A stretch of 47,825 bases of DNA from Chiloscyllium plagiosum (Eukaryota). Shown here in pieces: positions 22,301-32,945 of this stretch. The translations under genes and the position numbers were made by a program. The DNA lies in assembly GCF_004010195.1 (NCBI RefSeq), contig NW_025214637.1, positions 1 to 47,825 of the forward strand, in the 5' to 3' direction. Under the pieces are notes generated by a model. That model had not been told where the DNA came from and ran no database searches. It saw only the letters and a program-made list of their open reading frames with translations. Within the stretch, counting starts at the first letter, position 1. Every line of letters starts with the position of its first letter.

Positions 22301-25300
22301 GGCCTCCAGTCCAAGGGAGTCTGTAATGTTAATCGCCCAGCTTCCTCACACATCTGACACTCCATAGGAGAATGTAATGTCAATGCTCCAGTCTCCTGAC
22401 ACCACCTTCCAGTCCATGCGAGACAGAAATGTCAATCCACCAATCTCCTGGCACCTCCTCACAGTCCAGGGGAGACTGTAATGACAATCCTCTAGTCTCC
22501 TGACACCTCCTCCCAATCCAGGGGAGACTGAAATGACAATCCTCCTGTCTACGGACACCTCCTCCCCCTCAGTGGAGACTATAATGTGAATACTCCAGTC
22601 ACCTGACACCTCCTCCCAGTCCAGAAAAGACTCTAATATCTATCCTCCAGTCTCAGGGCACATCCTCCCAGTCAAGGGAAAAATGTAATATCAAACTTCC
22701 AGTCTCCTGCCATCTCCTTCCAGTCCAGGGGAGACTGTAGTGTCAATCATCCAGTCTCCTGCCATCTCCGTCCAGTCCAGGGGGACTGTCATGTCAATGT
22801 TCCTACTTTCTGACACCTCCTCCCAGTCCAGGGGAGACAGTAATGCCAATCCTCTAGTCTCTTGCCACCTTCTCCCAGTCAGGGCAAAGAGTAATGTCAA
22901 TCCTCCAGTGTCGTGACACTTCCTCCCACTCCAAGGGGACACTGAAATGTCAATCCTCCTGTCTCCTGACAATTGCTACCAGTGCACCGGAGACTGAAAT
23001 GTTAATCCTCCTGTCTCCTGTCATCTGCTCCCACTCCAGGGGAGACATAAAGTCAATTATCCAGTCTCTGCACACATCCTTCCAGTGCAGGTAGACAGTA
23101 ATGACAATCCTGCAGTCTCCAGAAACCTCCTGCCAATCCAGGGGAGACTGTCATGTCAATCCTCTAGTCTCCTGACACCTCCTCGCAATCCAGGCGAGAC
23201 AGAAATGTCAAATTTCAGTCTTCTGACCTGTTCTCCAAATCCAGGAGTGACCGTAATGTTAACACACCAGACACCTGGCATCTCCTCCCAGTCCAGGGGA
23301 GACTGTAGTGTCTATCCTCCAGTCTCAGGGCACATCCTCCCAGTCCAGGAAAAAATATAATATTAAACTTCCAGTCTCTTGCCATCTCCTTCCATTCTGG
23401 GGAGACTGTAGTGTCAATCCTCCAGTCTCCTGACACCTCTTCGCAATCGAGGCGAGACAGAAATGTCAAATTCCAGTCTTCTGAACTCTCCTCCAAATCC
23501 AGGAGTGACCGTAATGGTAACACACCAGTACACTGACACCTCATGGGAGATTGTGATGTCAAAGATCCAGTCTCCTGACACTGCCTTCCATTCCATGCAA
23601 GACAGAAATGTCAGTCCACTAGTCTCTTTACACCTCCTCACAGCCCAGGGGAGACTGTAATGACAATCCCCCAGTCTCCTGACAAATAATCCCAGTCTTT
23701 GCAGACCGTAACATCAATCCTCCAGTCTACGGACACCTCCTCCCACTCCAGGGAAGACTGTAATGTCAATCGTCCAGTCTCCTGGCACCTCCTCCCCCCC
23801 CCCCCCCCCACCCCCCCAAAGGGGAGACTGTAATGTGAATACTCCAGTCACCCGACACCTCCTCCCAGTCCAGAAGAGACTCTAATGTCTATCCTCCAGT
23901 CTCACGGCACAACCTCCCAGTCCAGGGAAAAATGTAATATCAAACTTGCAGTCTCCTGCCATCTCCTTCCAGTCCAGGGGAGTCTGTAGTGTCAATCATC
24001 CAGTCTCCTGACAACTCCTCCCAGTCCATGGGAGACTGTAATGTCAATTCTCCAGTCTCCTGACACCTCCTCTCAGTCCCAGCGGAGACTGTAATGTCTG
24101 GCCTCCAGTATCTGGGCACATCCTCCCAGATCAGGGGAGACAGTAATGTCAATCCTCCAGTCTCCTGACACCACCTCCCACTCTGGGGAGACTGTCATGT
24201 CAATCTTCCAGTCTTCTTACTCCTCCTCCCAGTCCAGGGCAATGAGTAATGTCAATCCTCCAGTCTCGTGACACCACCTCCCACTCCAAAGGGAGACTGA
24301 AATGTCAATCTTCCTGTCTCCTCACAACTACTACCAGTGGACCGGATACTAAAATGTCAATCTTCCTGTCTCCTGACATCTCCTCCCACTCCTGGGGAGA
24401 CAATAACGCCAAACCTTCAGTCTCCTGACACCCCCTCCCAGTCAAGGGGAGACAATAATGCCAATCCTCCGGTCACTTGACACCTCCTCCCTGTCCAGAG
24501 GAGACTGTAATGTCTATCCTCCAGTCTCCTGCCACCTCTTTCCAGTCCAGGGGAGACTGTAATGTCAATCCTCCAGTCAACTGGCACCTCCTCCCCGTCC
24601 AGGGGTGGCTGTAATGACAATCTTCTAGTCTCCTGACACCTCCTCGCAATCCCGGGGAGACATTATTGTCAAATTCCTGTCTTCTGATTGCTCCTCCGAA
24701 TTTAGGAGAGACCGTAATGTTAACCTACCAGACTACTGACACCTCCTCCCAGTCCAGGGGAGACTATAATGTCTATCTCCAATCACCGGACGCATCCTCC
24801 CCGTCCAAGGGAGTCTGTAATGTTAATCCTCCAGTCTCCTGACACCGCTTCCCACTCCAGGGGACACTGTCATGTCCATCTTCCAGTCTAGTGACACCTC
24901 CTCCCACTCTAAGGGGAGACTGTAATGAGAATCCAACAGTCTCTTGACAACTAATCCCAGTCTGTGGAGACCGTAATGCCAATCCTGCAGGCTACGTACA
25001 CCTCCTCCCACTCCAGTGAAGACTATAATGTCAATCTTCCAGTCTCCTGACACCTCCTCGCAATCCAGGCGAGGCAGAAATATAAAATTCCAGTCTTCTG
25101 ACTCCTCCTCCGAATCCAGGAGTGACTGTAATGTTACCACACCAGATTCCTGACATCTCCTCCCAGACCATGGGAGACTGTAAAGTCAATTCTCCAATCT
25201 CCGGGCACGGCCTCCAGTCCAAGGGAGTCTGTAATGTCAATCGCCCAGCCTCGTGACATCTCCTGACACTCCAGGGGAGACTGCAATGTCAATGGTGCAG

Positions 25301-27919
25301 TCTCTTGACACCTCCTACCAGTCCATGCGAGACAGAAATGTCAATCCTTCAGTCTCCTGGCAACTCCTCATAGTCCAGGAGAGACTGTAACGTCAATCCT
25401 CCAGTTTACGGACACGTCCTCCCACTCCAGGGAAGACTGTAATGTCAGTCATCCAGTCTCCTGGCACCTCCTCCCCCTCCAGGGGTGACTGCAATGTTGA
25501 ATATTCAAGTCTCCTGCCACCTCCTCCCAGTCCAGAAGAGACTGTAATGTCTATCCTCCAGTCTCAGGGCACATCCTCCTAGTCCAGGGGAAAATGTAAT
25601 ATCAATCTTCCAGTCTCCAGCCATCTCCTTCCAGTCCATGAGAGACTGTAGTGTCAATCATCCAGTCTCCTGACAACTCCTCCCAGTCCATGAGAGACTG
25701 TAATGTCAATTCTCCAGTCTCCTGACAACTCCTCCCAGTCCAGTGGAGGCTGTAATGTCTATCTTGCAGTATCTGGGAACATCCTCCCAGATCAGGGAAG
25801 ACATTAATGCCAATCCTCCAGTCTCCTGACACCACCTCCAACTCCAGGGGAGACTATCCTGTCAATCTTCCAGTCTTCTGACTCCTCCTCCCAGTTCAGG
25901 GGAGACTGGAATGCCAATCCTCTAGTCTTCTGCCATTTCTCCCAGTCCAGGGCAAAGAGTAATGTCAATCATCCGGTCTCGTGACACCTCCTCACTCCAA
26001 GGGAGACTGAAATATTAATCCTCCTGTTTCCTGACAACTACTACCAGTGCACCGGAGACTGAAATGTAAATCCTCCTGTCTCCTGACATCTCTTCCCACT
26101 CCAAGGGCGAAAGAAATGTCAATCCTGCAGTCTCCAGACAGCTCCACCCAGTCCAGAGGAGACTGAAATGTCAATCCTCCAGTCTCCTGCCACCTGCTCC
26201 CAGTCCAGAGGAGAATGTAATGTGAATACCCCAATCTCCTGACACCTCCTCCCAGTCCAGAAGAGGCGGTAATGTCTATCTTCCAGTCTCTAGGCACATC
26301 CTCCCAGTCTAGGGGGAAATGTAATGTCAATCTTGCAGTCTCCTGCCACCTCCTTCCCGTCTAGGGGAGAATGTAATGTCAATCCTCCAGTCTCCTGACA
26401 ACTCCTTCCAGTCCAGGGGAGACTCTAATGTGTATCCTCCGGTCCCTAGGCACATCCACCCCGTCCAGGAGACGCAGGAATGTCAATCCTTCATTATCCT
26501 GACACCTCCTCCCAGTCAAGGGTTGACTGTAATGACAATCCACCAGTCTCCTGACACCTCCGCTCAGTCCAGGGGAGACCGTCATGAAAACTTTCCAATC
26601 TCCTGACACCTCCTCGCAATCCAGGGGAGACATGAATGTCAAATTCCTGTCTTCTGATTCCTCCTCTGAATCCAGGAGAGATCTTAATGTTAACCCACCA
26701 GACTACTGACACCTCCTCCCTGCCCATGGGAGATTGCAATGTCTATCCTTCAGTCTCCGGGCATGTCCTCCCAGTCAAGTGGTGACTAATGTCAATCCTC
26801 CAGTCTCCACATACCTCCTCCCTGTCATGGGGAAACTGCAGTGTCAATCCAACCTCCTCCCACTCCAGGGTAGACTGTAAAGTCAATGCTCCGGTATCCT
26901 GATACATCCTCGCTGTCGAGCGGGACAGAAAATTCAATACTCTAGTCTTCTGGCAACCACTCACAGTCCAAGGGAGAATGCAATGTCAAAACTGCAGTCT
27001 CCTGACACCTCCTCCATGTCGCGGGGAGACAGTAATGTCAATCCTCTAGTCTCCTGACACCACCTCTCAGTCCAGGGGAGACTCTCATGTCAATCTTCCA
27101 GTCTTCGGACTCTTCCTCCCAGTGCAGGGGAGACTGTAATGTCAATCCTCTTGTCTCCTATCACCTCCTCCCAGTCCAGGGCAAAGAGTAATGTCAATCC
27201 TCCAGTCTCGTGACACCTCTTGGCAGCCCAGGGGAGACTGTAATGTCAATCTCCAGTCTTCTGACAACTACTACCAGTGCACCAGAGACAGAAATGTCAA
27301 TCCTCCTGCCTCCTGACATCTCCTTCCACTTCAGGGGAGCCAGTAATGTCAATCCTCCAGTTTCCTGACACCTTCTCCCAGTCCAGGGGAGACCGTAATG
27401 CCCATCCACCAATCTCCTGACATCTCCTTCCACTCCAGGGGAGAGAGTAATGTCAATCCTCCAGTCTCCAGACACATCCTCCGTCTATGGGTAGACTCTG
27501 ATGTCAATGCTCCTGTCTCTTGACATCTCCTCCCAGTCCTTCGGAGACAGAAACGTCAATCCTCCTGTCTCTTGGCACCTCCTCACGGTCCAGGGGAGAC
27601 GGTAATGTCAATTCTCCAGTCTCCTGACATCTCCTCCCAGTCCAGTGGAGACTGTAATGTTTATCATCAGTCTCTGGGCACATCCTCCCAGCCCAGGGGA
27701 GAGAGTAATGTCAATCCTCCAGTCTCCTGACTCCACCCCCACCGCCTGAGGGAGACTGTAATGTCTACCGTCCATTCTCCTGACACCTCTTCCCATTCCT
27801 GGGTTGACTGTAATGTCAATCCTTCAGTCTCCTGCACCTCCTCCCAGTCCAGAGGATACTGTAATGCCAATCCTCCAGTCTCCTGGCCCCTCCTCCCTGT
27901 CCAGGGGAGACTATAATGT
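19349..27919 (+). repeat. Satellite array, 52-bp monomer (~155-160 copies)
   Basis: Consensus gactgtaatgtcaatcctccagtctcctgacacctcctcccagtccagggga; anchors at 19352 and 19404 (period 52); strongly C-rich plus strand. Confidence 0.97.
20820..21146 (+). mobile_element. HE1-type (V-)SINE, full length, inserted in the 52-bp satellite
   Basis: gggcggcacggtggcacagtggttagc…ggttcaattccc…gggcctgtttccacactgtaatgtaatct…(aatct)n; satellite phase resumes after it. Confidence 0.96.
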
Positions 27920-28139
27920 TCGGGCCAGAGGCCCCACAGTTTCTCCTCTTACTTCACTTAAACTCCTCGGGTGTTTCTCATCCTATCCTGGTTTCCCGCT
28001 AACCCTGAGTGCCAACACCATTCGGGCAGTTACATGGATAGGAAAGGATTCCTCCTCACTACCGTATATCTGCACATTAACAGGTTGCTGATAAATATCG
28101 AAGCTGTCTTCTCGCTTTCACTGGAATGTTTTAAAAATT

Positions 28140-28340
28140 AACCCCTCTCTCTCCAGCGTGAGGCCCCGCCCTCCATGAGCTCGCACAGAGTCTGTTCATC
28201 GGCCGTGCCGAGAGACTGTTCGTCAGCCCTCAGGGCTGCCCTCAGGGCTGCCCTCAGCTCTCCATCCAGCTCCGATTGTTCAGGAAGTCTGTCAATTTCC
28301 TGGTTATAGCCAATAGGAAGTGAGGTGCCGCCCTGGGCAT
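28140..28340. promoter_or_regulatory. Pol II promoter-like motif cluster
   Basis: GC box ggccccgccc (28162-28171), 12-bp tandem gccctcagggct x2.7 (28226-28257), ETS-like caggaagt and aggaagtg, gccaatagg CCAAT (28309-28317), gccgccc; CpG-richer than flanks. Motif evidence only. Confidence 0.4.
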
Positions 28341-28941
28341 GTCGCCTGAAGTTGAATGCGGGAGCAAAGAGAAATCGCTGGAGAAACTCAGCAGGTTTGG
28401 CAGAATCGGGTTCAGAAATGTGGGATATATGCTGAAGATGATCGGGGTGGGGGAGGGGTTACTGCTGTCACTGCTGCAGTAGGTGGAGGTGGAGCTCAGG
28501 AAGAGAGAGAAGAGCAGTCAGACAGGCAAAGAGCTGGATCAATGTGAGGCAGGGAGAAAGAAAAGCTGAACATCAGGGTGGCTGTGCCTGAAGCAGCCCG
28601 TGTCATGAGAAGGGCCTGGGCTGTGTGCATAGGACACTGCAGAAGGTGTTCACACTCTAACATTGTTGAGCTTGATATTCAAACCTGAAGGTTGCAGGCA
28701 AAGTGAGTTTGTTGAGTTGTGTTCCAGTTTGTGCTGAACTTGCTGGAGCCCTGCAGCAGGCCCTGACAGAGATGCTAGGGGCAGATGGTGCTGTTTTGTC
28801 CAGTGGCAGGAAAACCGGGAAGCTTGGTGTCATTCCTCCGAAATGTGGGTGTCCCCACAAAGGTCTGTGTCCGTCTCCCTGGTGTAGAGGAGAGCGAATT
28901 GTGAGCAGCAAATACAGTAAACTCGGTTGAGCGAAGTGCAG

Positions 28942-29128
28942 AGTGGAAAGTGTGGTGCTGGAAAAACACAGCAGGCCAGGCGGCATCAGAGGAGCAGGCA
29001 AATCAAGCAAGAGCCCTTCACCCGAAACGTCCCTTCTCCTGCCCCTCTGATGCTGCCTGACCTGCTTTGCTTATCCAGCATCACACTCTCAACTCTGATC
29101 TCCAGAATCTGCAGTCCTCACTTTCTCC
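28942..29128. mobile_element. Minimal fold-back Penelope-like element (two inverted pseudo-LTR arms)
   Basis: Inverted arms 28942-28997 and 29035-29095, plus tail to 29128; 14-bp TSD tgagc(g/c)aagtgcag at 28928-28941 and 29129-29142. Confidence 0.85.
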
Positions 29129-29394
29129 TGAGCCAAGTGCAGGGAAAGCGCTGCTTCACCTGAAAGGTGTCTGGGATCTTGGATAGTAAGAAGGGATGAG
29201 GTCGATGGGCAAGAGGTGATTGCGAGGGAAGGTGCCATGGGAAGTGGGTTGGGAGTGGAGAAGGAGTGGATCAGGGTATCCCCGAGGGGATGGTCCCCAC
29301 AGGATGCTGACAAGCCAGGGAAGGGGAATGTGTGTCTGGTGTTGGCATTACACTGGGGGTCCAATGGAAATAGCAGCAAATAATGTTTTGGATG

Positions 29395-30550
29395 CAGATT
29401 GAAAGCTTCCTGTCGGGTTGCATCACAGCGTTCAGTGGCAACTGCTGTGTCCAAGACGCAAGAAACTGTAGAGAGTCATGAACACAGCCCAGTTCATCAG
29501 TCAAACGTGCCTTCCACATATACTTCCCGCTGTCTCGGGAAAGCAACTGACATCATCAAGGACCCTTCCCAATCCAATTATACTCTCTTCCACCTGCAAC
29601 AAGCAGAAGATATTGAATTGAATCTATTGTCCCGTATACCATGGCACAGTGAAAAGCTTTGTTTTGCGAGCAATATAGGCAGGCCACACAGTTAAGTAGC
29701 ATAGATAAGTAAATTGTAGGGACACGGTTAAGTAGCATAGATAAGTAAATTATAGGTAAACATGGCAAAAACAAATACACAGGTACAGGCGAATGTGAAG
29801 AGTTTGAGAGTCCAGTCAGTATTCTAACAACAGTAAAGTAGAAACTGTTTCAAGAACGGCTGGTGCGTGTGCTCCGGTTTCTGTGCCTTCTCTCCGATGG
29901 TAGAAGTTGAAAAGCGTTGTCAGGGTGGGATAGATCTTTGAGCATCGTAGTGGCCTTTCCTTGACAGCGGGCCTGGTAGATCGATTCTATAGATGGGAGG
30001 TTGGCCTTTTTGATTGTCTAGACCAAGTTGGCCACTCTCTCTTTCTCCGATATTGAATGGTGCAGTTGCCATACCAGACAGTGATGCATCCAGACAGAAT
30101 GCTCACGATGGCACACCTATAAAAGTTGGCAGTGTATTCGCCGTAATATCAAATTTCCTCAGCTGACTGAGGAAGAAGATATGTTGTTGGGCCTTTAGAA
30201 CCAGTGCATCCACTTGAAGAATCCAAGAAAGCTTGTTGTGGATGACCACTCCCAGGAGCTTGACACTGTCCATGAGGGCATGAATATCATCCTGCCGAAA
30301 ATTAATAACATGTGCAGATTCAGAAACAGCTTTTTCCCTACTATTATGAGACTTCCAAATTAACCTCTCAAATTTTAAATTTAATGATTATCTTACTCAC
30401 TGTGCACCTTCTCTCTGCAGCTATAACATTGTATTCTTCACTCTGCTCTGTTACCCTAATGTACTTTTATATAATTTGGGAGGTGCTGCCTGTACCGAAC
30501 CCAAAACAAAACTTTCACTGTACCCGGGTACATGCGACAATAATAAACCA
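29395..30550 (+). mobile_element. Rex1/Babar-like LINE 3' fragment split by a second copy
   Basis: ESFLSGCITA…RCLGKATDIIKDPS (29400-29570) continues as RFRNSFFP and a 3' UTR (30312-30550). Confidence 0.75.
29612..30310 (-). mobile_element. Rex1/Babar-like LINE 3' fragment, antisense, nested
   Basis: Homologous to 15876-16398; includes a 36-bp tandem duplication at 29686-29757. Confidence 0.8.
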
Positions 30551-31184
30551 AAGAGGCTGGTGGCAGTGGAATCAACATTTAAGGTAAAAAGTGGATCTGT
30601 CTGGGGCCCGGTTGGGATCCACAGGGCCTGAGCCATGTCCCATCCATTTCCTGCACTTCTGCCCTCACCACCACTTTCCCTTCCCTCCCATAACACTGAG
30701 GATCCTTTTGGTCCTTGTTTTCCATCCCATAAGTGTCCACATCCAAAAGATTGTTAGCTACCATTCCAGTGTACTGCAGTTGTCTCCTGGCCACCGGCCA
30801 ACAGAATTGGGCCACTGGCCAAACGAACACAGTGCAAGTTACCTGCCCCTGGAAATATGATATAGTAATAAGGACTGGGACAGAGGGAAATTCTCTCAAA
30901 GGGCAGTTCTCATCAAGCAGACCTTGTGGGAAGCACATCTCATCAGTTGGTCCCCAGAGAGCAATCTTCATTGAACAGTCCTCACCAGGCAGATCAAAGA
31001 TGGACCAGAAGAAGAAGAGGAACACCGTGAGAGGAGTTCCCTACCACCTCGATGAGAGACCAGGATCCTGTTCCCAATGCTTTAATGAAATTAGAATATT
31101 TCATGAACAGTCTGTTTGTCCTCTGATATCAGTACTGATACCAATTGTCACTGTTGTACGCTTCCTTTATTCCCACCTCCCGCC

Positions 31185-31698
31185 TATAGAAACGATGTTG
31201 TGAAATTTGAAAGGGTTCAGAAACGATTTACGTGGATGTTGCAGTGTTGGAGGGTTTGAGCTGTCGGGAGTGGGTGAATTGTCTCAGGCTGTTTTCCCTG
31301 AAGTGTCGGGCGCTGAGGGCTGACTTTATAGAGCTTTAATAAATCATGAGGGTCATATGTAGATTAAGTAGATAATATATTTTTCCTTGGGGCGGAGGAA
31401 TTCAGAACTGGAAAACACAGGTTTAGGGTGAGAGAGGGTAAAGATTTAAAAATGACTTCATAGGCAACTTTTTCATACAGCGTGAAATGTGTGTATGGAA
31501 TGAGTTGCCAGCAGAAATGGTGGAGTCTGGTATAATTACAACATTTAACCGCATCTGGATGTACGTACGAATAGTAAGGATTAAGAGGGATATGGGACAA
31601 GTGTTGGCAAGTGGAACGAGATGAAGTTAGGATAACGGGAGAGCATGGACAAGTTGGACCCAAGGGTCTGTTTCCGAGCTGTACATCGCTGTGACTCT
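31185..31698 (+). mobile_element. CR1-clade LINE 3' fragment
   Basis: gaaagggttcagaaacgatttac…gggtctgtttccgagctgtacatcgctgtgactct tail. Confidence 0.9.
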
Positions 31699-32013
31699 AG
31701 ATTAGATTAGATTATTTACAGTGTGGAAACAGGCCCTTCGGCCCAACAAGTCCACACCGACCAGCCGAAGTGCAGCCCACACATACCCCTACATTTACTC
31801 CTTACCTAACACTGCGGGCAATTTAGCATGGCCAATTCACCTGAACTGCATATCTTTGGACTGTGGGAGGAAACCGGAGCACCCGGAGGAAACCCACGCA
31901 GACACGAGGAGAATGTACAAACTCCACACAGTTAGTCGCCTGAGTTGGGAATTGAACCCGGGTCTCTGGCGCTGTGAGGCAGCAGTTCTAACCACTGTGT
32001 CACCGTGCCGCCC
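31699..32013 (-). mobile_element. HE1-type (V-)SINE, full length
   Basis: (agatt)n tail at left, gtgccgccc head at right; inserted tail-to-tail into the CR1 tail. Confidence 0.95.
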
Positions 32014-32945
32014 TCTATTATTAACTCATACACCATACTGAAACTGATGCTTTGAAAACTCAATAAACCATGAAAAATTTACTTAAAAAATGTCGACTGT
32101 CTGTCTTAGGTTGCTGTGATAATGAACACCGCAAAAATTAAGCCACAATACTTTGGAAGTATTGTGTTCGATGTCAACTGAGGCCTTTGTTGCCATTGAG
32201 ACCATCAAGTAGTCTTACCAAGCAAATCCTGATGGCTGAGATGAGATTATTATTCGTAAGTGGCAAGAGACCTATTAATGGGGATTATTGCTCGTTACGA
32301 TTCCTCATTATTACTTACTCTTGTTTCATTAACACACAGGATCCTATTCTACTTCCTGCCGAATGGATACAAGGTATAGAGAACTTCTGACGCAAATGTT
32401 AGTGAAACCCTGCAATACCAGCTTGCCAATTACTTCTCTGGACATCTACCTTGGATACCGCGGCATCACCATCTCAGGGTGTGCTCAATTGGCAACAGCC
32501 GCATGCACCTCATGTCTATGGACACTGGAATCCTGCATGTCGCATCTGACATGTGCGAGCCTTTCTGCATCATCACAGCACAGCAACAACCTTCTTACAA
32601 GAAATATTTGTACCGCCAGGCTGCTAGGGCAATTTGTGCAAAATAATAGGTACCCTGCTCACAGACTGGATGAGGCTGCATCTCTGTTGATGTCTTAATG
32701 CTCATTGTCTGATGCCTCCCTGGTGTGTTGCTTTGCCCTTTTGCATTTTGACCCCTCAGCTAGACCTTAAAAATCACAATATGTTGTCTTGCTGTCCTGT
32801 TTAGTGAAAGCAGCCTCGGCAGCAACTGCAGGGAGTAAACACAGTTAGTGTTTCAAGTCTGGTGACTTTGCATCAGAATGCCAAACATGCAGCATATTTC
32901 ACAAGCAGTTGATCATGCTTCAAAAACTGATGCTTCAAGTCTGAG

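Larger units (their letters stand above)
28365..30790 (-). mobile_element. Old Penelope-like element in fragments (28365-28941, 29143-29390, ~30555-30790)
   Basis: pLTR-like gaaatcgctggagaaactcagcaggtttggcag at the left end; decayed similarity to the GIY-YIG/linker region of the PLE at 32946-34996; interrupted by younger inserts. Confidence 0.55.

Noticed and set aside
19414..27870. Dozens of short ORFs with DWEEVSGDWRIDITVSPG-like repeats
   Set aside because: These are translation artefacts of the 52-bp satellite. The unit is not a multiple of 3 and stops are frequent.
30733..31203. 156-aa plus-strand ORF
   Set aside because: It starts within a decayed Penelope fragment and ends in a CR1; no domain recognised.
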